NCBI GenBank assembly: GCA_951406725.2
Contig: OX597814.1
Coordinates: 142,476,001-142,540,000 of the forward strand
Reading direction: 5' to 3'
Source: Octopus vulgaris
Taxonomy: Eukaryota
Length of the DNA stretch: 64,000 bases
Position numbers and translations under genes: made by a program. Positions 1 through 12,140 of this stretch are shown piece after piece; the stretch's first letter is position 1; the number at the start of each line of letters is the position of its first letter. The notes beneath the pieces are model-generated. The model did no database searches. It was not told where the DNA came from and saw only the letters and a list, made by a program, of their open reading frames with translations.

Positions 1-170
1 TCCCAGAAAAATATTTTACCTATGAAATTATAATACTTGTAAATAAATGGCAATAAAACAACAGTAGAATGTAAAGAATATTTTATGTAAACTAAAAGGA
101 ATGTCAAGATCATTTAGGAGTGATTGTGTGGTAAGTAGCTTGCTTACAGGTTGATTCTGCGCATGTGCAA

Positions 171-207
171 GTCAGTGTTGTGCTTGACACCGAAGATGTA
201 AGACGTG
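171..207 (+). promoter_or_regulatory. Inr (TCAGT) + DPE (AGACG at +28) internal Pol II promoter
   Basis: gtcagt with A at 174; agacgtg starts at 201 (+28), the canonical Inr-DPE spacing of many LINE internal promoters. Confidence 0.55.
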
Positions 208-825
208 TTTTTGAAAGCCGTCTTAAATTGAAGACTTTTGAATACTCAGCCGTAAGGTAAGAATTTTGGGGGTCTAGTGGGGACCTGTTGTATGTTGCAA
301 ATTATTTTTACAAGCAACAAGTCCCCACTAGGCTCTAGTCTGCCGGAGGCTGAGTGAAAATATTATTCACTTAATTGTGAAAATTATTGGTTTGGTAGGC
401 GTATCCTGCCAAACTTTTGTTTGAAAATAGTGTTGTTCCTGTTAAGGAATACCTAGTAGAAATTTGGAATGTTTTTTAACTGTTTTACAGTTGTGTTAAA
501 TTTTGGCCGTAACAGTGAATTAAGAATTTTTGTTTGAGAATTCTTCTTGTGAATTCTAGTGGGCGTATCTCGCAAAAAAAAAAAAAGAATAAGCCATTTG
601 GATTACCTTTTTGGAGTATTATACAAAGGATTCCCTGCCTGTGCTATTTGTGAGATTTTTCTTTTACTTTTTCCTTCTTCTATTATTTCTTTCTTTCTAA
701 AACATTTTGGTTCATTCTTTTCATTACTTTAATTTCAGTCCCCCCCCCATTATTTTGTTTTATTTTTATTCGGTTTAATTTTTTGGCAGACTGTCTTTTG
801 AACTACTTTTGAACTGTTTTTTGAC

Positions 826-2094
826 ATGGCAGAGAAGGAACTTAAAAAGGAAAACTCTGTCTTAGAGTGGGAATTTAACCCGCCTAAGCAATGGTTAAAA
901 GATATGGAAGAGAAGACGGTGGTACTTAGAACATATTCTAAAGTTCTTAATTCCATCACCGTCTTCCCAAAACAAGTCATAAAAAATGAACTTAAAGAAC
1001 ATTTGTCCTCTGTAAAATATATATCCCGTGGTGTCAAACATGCAACCGCATAGTTGCTGTTTGACAACGGGGAAAAAGCTCGCCAGTTTGCGAGTCAGCC
1101 TTTAGAAGGCAAGGAAATCCTGTTTCTCCCGTCATATTGTGGAAGAAAATTAATACGAGCCTGGATATGTGGGCTCCCTCCGTGCACCGAAGCGGATTGG
1201 ATTGAAGATACCATCCGACGGGGACTGGGAAATAGCGGGCCCAGGCTCTTAAATGTAAGAGTATTGCCGGCGATCGATTGGGAAAGGTCAAAAGCGATTT
1301 TGACCCTGTGGACCCCATCGGCCGCAACAGAACTGGTTTTTCCAGATTTCTTGAAAATGGCTGGCTGCAGGTATCCGGTGATACTTGAGGGACGTCCCCC
1401 AAAGTATCACTAGTGCCTGCAGCCAGGCCACATTATAAGGAACTGCCCCCAGGACCATGGTAAGGTCCTGGAACAGTCACCAGATGCCACCTCCCCTACC
1501 CGGTCAAAGGGAGAGGTGGATGTGGTCGAGAAGGCTTCAGCCTCCTCAACTCAAAAAGGATTAAAAAGGAAGAAGGCGGACAACGCCGAAGGAACCTAAG
1601 GCTTCGGGAGGCGGGGGAGAGTCTCCGGACAAAGCGGAAGGGCGCCACTCTCCCGAAGCCAGGAAGAAAAGAAAAAAAAGAAAGAAGAAGAACGGGTCAT
1701 CTCAGCAGGGAGATGATGTGCCGACTGCTTGTCCCGAAGTTGTGCCACCCACGGTGGAAGAAACCACCCCCACCCTTAAAGATGATCAATTAATTATCTT
1801 TTTCTACAAGGGCGGGGAGGTGGAAAATAGTAGAAGAACTTAAAGAAACAGTAGATATTCCCTTCACACGGGATCCCGAATGGCCTCCGCAGATAGCTGT
1901 GGAGGTCATAAGGTTTCCCTTGTGGGAAAGGCTTAAAGGATTTGGGGAGGAGTGTCGCATATGGCCGGGTGGCCCTTACACTCACATGGCCCTTACACTC
2001 CTACATGAGTGAGGCATGGAAAATGGCGGGATACAGGAACTCAAGCGGCATTGAAGATAATGATGAATATATCGATGGATATATCGAAGAGTAG
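826..2094 (+). pseudogene. Decayed ORF1/Gag-like protein with CCHC zinc knuckle
   Basis: 826-1053, 1054-1413 and 1414-1599 share a frame, separated by TAG stops; ILEGRPPK(Y)H*CLQPGHIIRNCP (1405-1446) is a degenerate CX2CX4HX4C, followed by a K-rich low-complexity tail; 3' boundary approximate. Confidence 0.65.
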
Positions 2095-2375
2095 GAGGTG
2101 AAAGACCCTCGTTACAGAGTTTGAAACCTCACTTTATTGGACTATTTTGTAGTGGTTTATAACCTCAATTTTGTGTTTTAAGAAAGAAAAAAGAAAATAT
2201 GTTAAGTAAGAGGTTTTAGTGCCTTCTTGTAAAAGGTTCGAAACCTTATATTGATTTTAAAAAAAAGAAAATATGTTTTCGAGAAAAATCCAATCGGCGG
2301 ATGTTGGGTTTATTCATTATAATTCATTTTCATTCATTGATGTGTTTGTCCAGCCCGCAAAGCTCTTTGTACTGT

Positions 2376-2485
2376 CCACATGGTTCTGGGTTCAGTTCCA
2401 CTGCGTGGCACCTTCTTCTATAGCCTTGGGCCGACCAAAGCCTTGTGAATGGATTTGGCAGACGGAAATTGAAAGAAGCCCATCG

Positions 2486-2526
<41 letters not shown>

Positions 2527-2758
2527 AAATATATGCGTGTATATGTATATATATGTGTGTGTGTGTGTATGTTTGTCCCCTCCCCCAACCGATGCTGGCT
2601 TGTTTACGTCCCCGTAAATCAGCGGTTCGGCAAAAGAGACCGATAGAATAAGTACTTGGCTTACAAAGAACAATTCCTGGGGTCGATTTGCTCAACTAAA
2701 GGCGGTGCTTCAGCATGGCCCAGTCAAATGAATGAAACAAGTAAAAGAATAAAAGAAT
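2376..2758 (+). mobile_element. tRNA-derived SINE family A (3' portion; head at 116-147)
   Basis: B box ggttcagttcc, body gccgaccaaagccttgtg..., internal (TA)/(TG) tract, tail aaacaagtaaaagaat; matches the full copy at 34742-35180. Confidence 0.85.
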
Positions 2759-3859
2759 ATCGTTTTCTGAATCACTTTCACTAGCACTAGACTCGCGCAC
2801 ACCAGCACTTGTAGACGCGATCGCCGATTCCCAAGCACTCGTAGACGGACTTGTAGATTTCTTTTTAAAAAGCAAGCCTAGAATTGTATGCCAAGAAGCT
2901 TTTTTTATTTTTCTCTCTCTATAAATTTCTCGGCAACTCGCTGAAGCATTTGTTATGGTAATAGAAACTTTTGCACTTCATTCAAAATTTGGATCTTATG
3001 CATGAAAAATAAAACTCGTAAACTCGGAATCTCGTAAAGCGTGTCCTCGTAAAGTGGTGTATTACTGTATATATCAGCATAATGTTAAATATCTGAGACA
3101 AAGACAAGATCTATGCTGAGTTTATGAAAATTCTGCTGGTACACCATCCGCTCTATAACTTTTGTACTAATAATTATGACTATGTGACTGACAGCCTCAG
3201 TACCAATTTTGACAAGCTTCTCAAAACTAGAAAGAACATGCTTAATCGGAAGATTACAACTACAAGCTGCCTAAGTTACTGTCAAAATAGGTAAAACATT
3301 TATGACGTTTAGAAAGTAATAAGATTTGCATAAGCAATGACATCCATGCTTGTGCGCATACGTTCTTGTGCACATGTATATATTAACGCGTACATGCATT
3401 TCATGTCCGAATACTTATACACACATACACACACACACACACGCACATTGCTGTTGCACAGCATCGACAAGACTATCGAATGTTGTTACACACCGCCGGT
3501 CACAATACGCTTTCCCACATTGTTGTAGCTTTCGAATGATGTTATCCTTCTGTTTAAGTAGGCAGGCCAACATTCGTCTTGAACGGAGCGCTAGGTAGTC
3601 TCAGACCAAGCCATTTGCAGCCAAGTGAACTGGATTAACGTGTAATGAAAGTGTTTTGCTCAAAAACACAACGTATTGCCAGTCTGGGAATCGAAACCTA
3701 ATCTTGCGATTGTGAATACGTCACTTTAATCTTTAGGGCGTACACCTTCACACACACACACACACACCTATAATAAAGGTGGCATGTTCGCAATTTTACA
3801 ACCGAAATACAGAAATATATATATCTCCAAAGTGGTTGAGGGCACTAGTCAGCACTAGT

Positions 3860-4052
3860 ATTTATTTCTTTATTGCCCACAGGGGGTTAAACATAGAGGG
3901 GACAAACAAAGGGATTACGTCGATTGCATCGATCCCAGTGTGTAACTGGTACTTATTTAATCGACCCGGAAAGGATGAAAGGCATAGTCGACCTCGGCGG
4001 AAATACCGCTAAGCATTTCACCCAGCGTGCTAACGATTCTGCCAGCTCGCCG
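3860..4052 (-). mobile_element. SINE family B, internally deleted copy
   Basis: reverse complement of ggcgagctggcagaatcgttagcacg...ccgaggtcgact.tgcctttcatcctt; same family as 40731-40965. Confidence 0.75.
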
Positions 4053-4359
4053 TGAAAGAAATAACAGCTGGTAGTCACAAAAAGCACAAGGGAGGGAGGC
4101 AAGCTTCCTCAGCGCGTAGGCATAGCCAGATCACAGTGAATTTGCATTTTTTTTATTAATGCTTGTCAATGACTCTCACCTAGCGCCTTGGATTAAACTC
4201 AACTTACCTTGCCAGTTTATTAGATAATCGTAGAAATCATAGGCTGACTTCCTAAACGGTACAAGTGAAAATTATATAAATAATTAGGGTAGTTCGCAGT
4301 TTTACATGCGAAAGGCAGAAATATATACACCGCGAAATTGACTCAGGGCACTATATATT

Positions 4360-5619
4360 TTGGGTTGTCCGGAAAGTTCGTGCCGATTTATAGTAGCTTA
4401 CCTTTCGACCTATTTTAGAACATGGTTGAGTCTATAAAATAGGATTTGACTACACCTTCATTTAGAGCACAGTTTAAGCTATCTTTTCGTGGAAGAAGGT
4501 TTATGTTCCTATAACCTGTGTCAATTCTGTAACTCTTTAAGATGGAAGATAAGAAAGTTCATTTTCGGCACTTGATGCTTTTCTTTTTCCGTAAAGGGAA
4601 AAATGCCTCACAAGCAACCAAAGAAATATGCGCAGTTTGCGGTGATGTTTCTTTATCCGAAAGAATTGTACGGAAGTGGTTCGCAAGGTTCCGAGCAGGA
4701 GATTGTAGCCTTATTGATAAAGAGCGATCAGGCAGACTATCCACTACAGATGATGACCAAATCAAGTCATTAATTGAGAATAATCCACATTGCACAAGCC
4801 GAGAATTGGCAGAAAGCCTCAACCTATGAAAATCGGTCGTTCATGAGCACCTGGTAAAGCTTGGGTACACAAATCGCTAAGATGTTTGGCTACCACATGA
4901 GTTGAGTGAGAAGAACCTTTTGGATCGCATTTCCATCTGTTATTTGCTTTATAAACGAATCAAATTGTGACATGTGATGAGAAATGGATTATCTACTGAA
5001 ATGTTCAGAGAAAGCGATCCTGGAGTAAGCGACATGAGCTACCCTTAGCCACCCCAAAAGCGAGTCTTCACCCTAAAAAAGTTTTGATTTGTGCCTGGTG
5101 GGATTGGAAAGGAATTCTGTGCGATGAGCTTCTCCTAAGTAACATGACAATTAATTCTGAGAAATACTGCACACAACTGGACGAGTTAAAAGCAGTAATT
5201 CAAGAGAAACGTCCAGAATGGCCAATAGGAAGGGTGTTGTTTTCCAACATGATAATGCAAGTCCGCGCGTTTCTTTGGGAACCAAACAAAAATTGCTGCA
5301 GCTCGGCTGGGATGTGTTACTCCACCCTCCATATTCACCAGATATTGCTCCTTCGGATTTCCACTTATTCAGGTCTCTGCAGAATAGTCTTAGTGGTAAT
5401 AATTTCAATTCCTTGGATGACGTAAAAGATACCTTAATGAATTCTTTGCTATGAAACCACCTCAATTCTGGGAAGAGGGTATTTTCAAGTTAAAGGAAAG
5501 ATGGAGACGCATTGTGCAACAAACTGGTTCATATTTGGTTGATTAAAAATGTAATGGCAAGTATTTATTGACCTTTTTCTTTCTTTTAAAAATCGGCACG
5601 AACTTTCCGGAAAACCCAA
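4360..5619 (+). mobile_element. mariner (DD34D) transposon, full length, defective
   Basis: 30-bp TIRs ttgggttgtccggaaagttcgtgccgattt / aaatcggcacgaactttccggaaaacccaa in a TA context. Confidence 0.92.
4542..5546 (+). pseudogene. mariner transposase pseudogene
   Basis: HTH N-terminus (VRKWFARFRAGD), WLPHEL, CDEKW, FQHDNA, HPPYSPDIAPSDFHLF; several stops and frameshifts. Confidence 0.92.
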
Positions 5620-6332
5620 TATATAGCAGAAGGATTATTGCAGCTGAACATTGCCCGAGGGATGCATGGATCATTTCCTATAGGCAATCCTATCCGGGTT
5701 ATTTTTCCAGTGTTCACTATACTTGTAAATATACTTGAATCTTTACCATTTATAGTTATGCATATACACGGTTCACATGCTTACACACGCACGCACACAA
5801 TCGCCCACACAACCACACACACATCCTTTGGTTTTTCAACATATTAACACACGTGCACAAATAAATTAAAACAAAGTTGAATATACACAAGTAACGGTTT
5901 TCTTAATTAATTACATTAGAATGCACAAGCGCACATAACTGAATTTGATGCGGTGTCTACCAATGATATATCAACACATTGGAATGTAGTTCCTTTTTCT
6001 ATCAAGTTCTGAACCTTACGAAATGTTCAATTAACTATAATTCAATATAAATCTTTAATTTGATTTTTCTAATTTGAATTAATTGTCTGGATATGGAATC
6101 AATTGTAGGTTCTATGAGTTTCATATTGTTCAAAATTGGGTTTGTTTCAATAAATTGATGTCTACATGTCAATTTCTCCGTTTTCTTCTTTTTCTAATAC
6201 AAATATGCTAATATACCTATATCCATTGTTGTGAAGCTAACATCTTTTAGTATTTCATTGATACACTGGATAAAACCGAGGAACTTGGATGCTGACATCC
6301 CTTTAAGAAGTATAAAGTCTTGAAATAATATA

Positions 6333-6399
<67 letters not shown>

Positions 6400-6547
6400 A
6401 TATATATATATATATATATACATATATACAAATTGAGATATATGTATAGGAGTGTGAGTATATACACTCATATGTATATATATGTTGAATTGTGGGTACG
6501 CACCCACACCCATGTGGGTATATGTGTAGACTGTGTTATATTACATA

Positions 6548-6674
6548 ATCTCCGAAGAGGCCTTGTGATATTTTTGTTAATGTCTCATTTATATCTATAT
6601 ACTGACAAACCATAAAGGGCTAATATTGGTAAAATGAGACATAATTATCGACATGCCCGAAACAGCTGTAAGAT
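6548..6674 (+). ncRNA. Type I hammerhead ribozyme motif (U4C core variant, extended stem II)
   Basis: atct-CCGAAGA-[long imperfect stem incl. atgtctcattt/aaatgagacat]-GAAA-cagctg-TA-agat. Confidence 0.65.
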
Positions 6675-6928
6675 CTAATGTATGCTTATATTTATATTTA
6701 CTTGTATTTATATTCTTTTTTATATATATTCTAATTATTATACATTACTCTTTTATGTACACTTTTTTATGTACACTTTTTTATGTACATTCCTTTATGT
6801 ACACTGATTTGTTCTGCTTTTTATATTTAACCCTACAGTCTCTTATGTGGTGGTTTAATAAAGTATGTGATTGAGTATTATCTGGTAATTGATATTTGAT
6901 TTAGATGTATTTCTCCATTTTCTTATCT

Positions 6929-6986
<58 letters not shown>

Positions 6987-6987
<1 letters not shown>

Positions 6988-7160
6988 TGTTGTGTCTGGG
7001 GATAGTCATTTTCTTTTTGTGCCTTATAATGTAACACACTCACCGGTAAAATTTCCACTTATTTCTTATTTTTATTTTCCTAAAATTTTCGTTGCGTCTT
7101 ACAACCTTTTCATTACATTATAAGGCACAAAAAGAAAATGACTCTCCCCAGACACAACAG
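6987..7160. repeat. Inverted repeat (48-bp arms) between (TA)n tracts
   Basis: ctgttgtgtctggggatagtcattttctttttgtgccttataatgtaa and its reverse complement at 7113-7160. Confidence 0.85.
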
Positions 7161-7215
7161 AATATGCTTCAACACACGAACTCATATAAAGAATCTTGCA
7201 AACCTAATCTAAAAA

Positions 7216-7275
<60 letters not shown>

Positions 7276-7589
7276 CTGAAGGATTGGAATTAATCAAAGG
7301 ACATACTATCTCTTATTTAAATCGCCAAAATACTCTGATGCCTATAGAAATCAACCGTCCGAAGGCAAAGTGTTATTTTCAGCAGGTAGATATACTTAGT
7401 ATGTTCTTTGATTAATTTTAATCCTTCAGCAATTTAATGCCTTTTCGGGGCCTGCAATCGCCTATATTACTGATTCTGTTATTATCATTTTCAAATTGTT
7501 AAACAAGGTAATAACAGAGTCAATGATATCTTCACAAATTATTCTTTCGTGAATTATCTTTTCTCGTGAATTATTTGTTCCGTGTTGAC

Positions 7590-7627
<38 letters not shown>

Positions 7628-7773
7628 CAAAGCAATTAAGATTCAAGTAAATTCCAATGAATTTACTTGAATGTGGTACTTAACTTAGATGCACCAGAAA
7701 AACTATATGGTGTTAACCATACAGTAATGTGGGGTGATTATAAACGAGAAAGAAGCAACAAGAATGGATTAGT

Positions 7774-7864
7774 TTTTAGTACAATTGTTTCATACAAAGA
7801 CAGGCTTTATTACAAGTTGCAAAAATTGCAGCAGATAAAAGTGTCCCGTACTCATCAGCTAAAA
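7774..7864 (-). ncRNA. Type I hammerhead ribozyme motif
   Basis: exact mirror of 8960-9050. Confidence 0.8.
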
Positions 7865-8959
7865 TACATATGAGTTCTCTAGACATCTTAGTGGGTGAGG
7901 TTATACTCATGAAATATTGGAGATAATTCTATTAGAGGCAGATATAGGTTGTAAACAGTTTTCAAAGTTCATTAATGATGATGCACAGTCTTATCACAGA
8001 TTTTTAAAAACTTATTAGTTTCGAAGAGAAGATGAATCAATCCATAGTGTAGATTTAAATTTCCAGAGATATGAGGAGGATGATGCACAGACTTATCACA
8101 GGTTTTTAAAGATTTATTAGCTTCACAGAAAAGGTGAATTAATCCATAGTGAAGATTTACATTTCCAGTGGTAATAGGAGGAATTTCATACTCACAGACG
8201 ATGTATTTAACCATTATTAATCCAAAATCATTTCATGCTATATGATAAGGTAATTTGCCATATTACTGCTCTCCGTGCAAAACTGCTATGTTAAGAATTC
8301 TAAAGGCTGAAGGAATTTATTTGTGGGGCAAAGAAAATAAAATAAAAGAAAAAGGAAAGAGACAAGGAAAAAAGAAAAAGAAAAAGGAGAAGAAGAAGAA
8401 CTTTTTCTTTTTCTTTTCCTTCTTTCTTCTTCTTCTCCTTTTTCTTTTTCTTTTTTCCTTGTCTCTTTCCTTTTTCTTTTATTTTATTTTCTTTGCCCCA
8501 CAAATAAATTCCTTCAGCCTTTAGAATTCTTAACATAGCAGTTTTGCACGGAGAGCAGTAATATGGCAAATTACCTTATCATATAGCATGAAATGATTGT
8601 AGATTAATAATGGTTAAATACATCGTCTGTGAGTATGAAATTCCTCCTATTACCACTGGAAATGTAAATCTTCACTATGGATTAATTCACCTTTTCTGTG
8701 AAGCTAATAAATCTTTAAAAACCTGTGATAAGTCTGTGCATCATCCTCCTCATATCTCTGGAAATTTAAATCTACACTATGGATTGATTCATCTTCTCTT
8801 CGAAACTAATAAGTTTTTAAAAATCTGTGATAAGACTGTGCATCATCATTAATGAACTTTGAAAACTGTTTACAACCTATATCTGCCTCTAATAGAATTA
8901 TCTCCAATATTTCATGAGTATAACCTCACCCACTAAGATGTCTAGAGAACTCATATGTA

Positions 8960-9050
8960 TTTTAGCTGATGAGTACGGGACACTTTTATCTGCTGCAATT
9001 TTTGCAACTTGTAATAAAGCCTGTCTTTGTATGAAACAATTGTACTAAAA
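8960..9050 (+). ncRNA. Type I hammerhead ribozyme motif
   Basis: ttttag-CTGATGA-gtac...gtat-GAAA-caattg-TA-ctaaaa: 6-bp stem I, intact core, palindromic stem III, GUA cleavage triplet. Confidence 0.85.
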
Positions 9051-9079
9051 ACTAATCCATTCTTGTTGCTTCTTTCTCG

Positions 9080-9110
<31 letters not shown>

Positions 9111-10274
9111 ATATATATATACTTACCAGCGGTGACTCCAGGTCATCACCGCCACTTGGGGATTTCGCATAAGACACATGCCTGCTCGAAGAATTGCACG
9201 TTTTTCACTTTATTTCTAGCCCCAAATAGCTTATTTTTTTATATCTAGCACTATGTCTTTCTCCATTTCTAAGTTAAGGGTAAAAATAAAGCAAACCTGC
9301 AAAACACAACTGATCTTTACACACAGGTGCACAGAATAACAGCAATCAAATAATGGCAGTGGAGTGTGAAACAAGCATCAGCGACCTGACTGTCGCCTGT
9401 ACTCTTGACAAGAGATGCCAGTTAGTCTTTTACATCTACCAGGCTAATTCGTATTAGCCCGAGTTGCTGGATAATTTTTCGTTCCTTCAAGAATATTGCA
9501 GAACAGAAACTTTTCATAGATTAGAATTTAAATCTTAATCTCTATAGAAATTTATTGATTTAAGAAAACATTGAATTTGAATTACTTCTAATTTTTACAA
9601 TTATAGATAACAACTCAGACTGTAAATTCTGAGCCCGATTCGGGTGCGTGTGAACAATGTCAAGAGACCATCTGCTACGAATGATATTTTTTGACACAGA
9701 GCACCTCGAAGACAACCACCAGACGCTGAACGAAAATAAATGAACCACGACCAGGCTCAATAATAGGAGCCCGAGTTATTGGCTGCAATTCTGTGTTGGC
9801 AAAAATTAAATCAGCTTGCAAATACACGTTCACTTTACTAAATTTATATCCGGGCTTAACCCGAACGGCATTCAAATATACATATATACATACAAAAATA
9901 TCTTGTTTGATGTTGTCTGAATTCCAGTGAAATATCTTGTTTCTTGACTTGAAATCGACTCTTTCTCGGTTAGTGAGACATTTGAAAATTAAAACCAAGG
10001 ACAAACATACATACAAGCATGCATACATACATACATACATACATACATACATACATACATACATACATACATAATATATATATACAGCCCAACTATCCTG
10101 CACACACACACACACAACACACATACACACACGCATGCACACATACACACTACACAAACACTTACATTTATATATACGTGTATATACACACATACACTCT
10201 CATGACGTAAATGTTATTGCGGTCGAACAGTAACCGAGAGATATGTGGTTCATTTCCTGTAGTAGGTAATCCAA

Positions 10275-10434
10275 TCCATTCTTTCAGTTTCCGCCTACGA
10301 AATCCGGCTACAATGCTGTGATCGGCCCGAGGCTATAGTAGAAGACACTTGACCAAGGTGCCACGCATTGGGACTGAACCTGAAACCATGTGGTTTGTAA
10401 AGAAGCTTCCTACAACACAGCCACTCCGGCGCCT
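10275..10434 (-). mobile_element. SINE family A 5' part, abutting U6 copy
   Basis: minus strand aggcgccggagtggctgtgttgtagg...ggttcagtccc...gtgtcttctactatagcctcgggccg. Confidence 0.85.
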
Positions 10435-10535
10435 AAAAATATGGAACGCTTCACGAATATGCGTGTTATCTTTGCGTTGGAGCCATGCTAATCTCTGTAT
10501 TGTTCCAAATTTAGTATATGTATTGCCGAAGCAAT

Positions 10536-10539
<4 letters not shown>
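10435..10539 (-). pseudogene. U6: Full-length U6 snRNA pseudogene
   Basis: minus strand ttgcttcggcaatacatatactaaatttggaacaatacagagattagcatggc...acacgcatattcgtgaagcgttccatattttt follows U6 end to end; 3-nt deletion next to the ACAGAGA box; upstream is (TG)n rather than a Pol III promoter. Confidence 0.93.
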
Positions 10540-10630
<91 letters not shown>

Positions 10631-11824
10631 CAGGGTGGGGGAGCAAAACTTAGATAATTCATCAAATTGTTTATATTACAACAACCAGCAACTAGACATA
10701 AATATAATGTTAACAAGTTTATAAGGGTAGAAAGAGACAATTTATTCAATATGCCTGCCTTCATTGTCCACCATATCCGTCACACGCCACCTGAAGGCAT
10801 CATAACTCTTCATGATGCAGTACTCAGACATGTTGTCCCATTCTTCCCTCGGGATTTGAGAAGTTCTGTTGGTAAAGTGCTCCAATTTGCCCCATTTGAT
10901 ATGGTCCAGGGAGTTCAAGCCTGGACTGAAAGAAAGCTAGAAGCTAGCAGGACAAAAGTCGGCGAAGTTGTCTTCGTAGAATTTCTGCACTTTCTTCGGG
11001 GTATGATCAGGAGAACCATATTGGGTCCATACATAATTACTTTATACAGCAGGACTTTATAATAAACCTCAGTTTCCCCAAACTTGAAAAATGGAGAGGC
11101 ATCTTTTTTCCATCAGACACCATGTTTCCCAGTATCATGACTTGAGCCGGGAGCTTGGTTCTAAAGACGCCCTTTACTTCAGAAGGTGACTTAGCAATGT
11201 ATCAATCATTGCGACGTTTTAAAACAGCATCAACGGTAAAAATCTTTTCATCTGAAAAGATTTTGACGGCTTGTCCCTCTTTCTTCAAGTATCGCAACAC
11301 TTTTATGCCCTTTCATGCCTTTTGGCTTTCATTGTATGAGTCAATAGATGTTTCGAGGTCCTCACATATGACCCCAAATGTAAATTAATGTGTGCAGTAT
11401 TTCTGATGGTCTTTGGATTAACTTTCATGTCCATTGACAGTTTTCTCATGGATGTTGTTGGGTCTTTCGAAATTTTGGCTTTGAGAGATTTAAGAAATGC
11501 ATTATCCGGTTTAAGAAATGCATTATGCTTCCACTTCCTTGCTTTCTCTTGATACCTCCAATATCCAGCATTCGTTTCTTAACGTTGTAGACTGTGCTCA
11601 CAGAGGGCCCCAACAGTCGGAGCAATACGTCTAATTGCAACCCCAGCACGAAGCAAATCTGCAATGCGATGTGGGCATATTAGATCGTATGACTAGGACT
11701 TCTGCTTAAATTAACTCTATATACCTCCAACCTGGAATAGCAAAACAATATTTTAGTATTTACGCTCAGGAAAATATGAAAAATAAGATTCCCAAAATAT
11801 TCCAAGTTTTGCTTCCCCAACCCG
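10631..11824 (-). mobile_element. Tc1/mariner superfamily element, maT (DD37D)-like, decayed
   Basis: TA-flanked TIRs cagggtgggggagcaaaactt / aagttttgcttccccaacccg; minus-strand remnants FSDEKIFTVD and SPGLNSLD (SPDLNPLD-type). Confidence 0.8.
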
Positions 11825-12015
11825 TACATATACATACATACATACATACATACATGTATGTATGTATGTATGTATGTATGTATGTACGTATGTACGTATG
11901 TATGTATGTATGTATGTATGTATGTATGTATGCATGTATGTATGTATGTATGTATGTATGTATGTATGTATGTATGTATGTATGTATGTATGTATGTATG
12001 TATGTATGTATGTAT

Positions 12016-12140
12016 GCCTCTTGATTCATGGCAGCAGTGCCTCCTCCAGGCACTTGTAGTAGGCCTCCGTGTGGGAAGATATATGCAGGCATAACGTCGC
12101 CATCACTAGTGATCACACCAAGCAGCATGATGTTCGTACT
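12016..12140 (-). pseudogene. Fragment of a second Tc1/mariner-type transposase
   Basis: NIMLLGVITSDGDVMPAYIFPHG resembles the catalytic-domain segment of maT-like transposases. Confidence 0.55.

Larger units (their letters stand above)
148..2375 (+). mobile_element. ORF1/gag-only non-LTR-like element inserted into a tRNA SINE
   Basis: SINE head (116-147, ...gtagcttgcttaca) and its continuation (2376, ccacatggttctgggttc...) flank a 2.2-kb insert with an Inr/DPE promoter and a decayed zinc-knuckle ORF; no RT seen. Confidence 0.65.
7625..9080. mobile_element. Non-autonomous PLE-derived foldback element (657-bp arms 7744-8400 / 8424-9080)
   Basis: near-perfect palindrome (mirror ORFs 7972-8214 / 8610-8852), 23-nt spacer, one hammerhead per arm, (TA)n on both sides. 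Confidence 0.85.
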
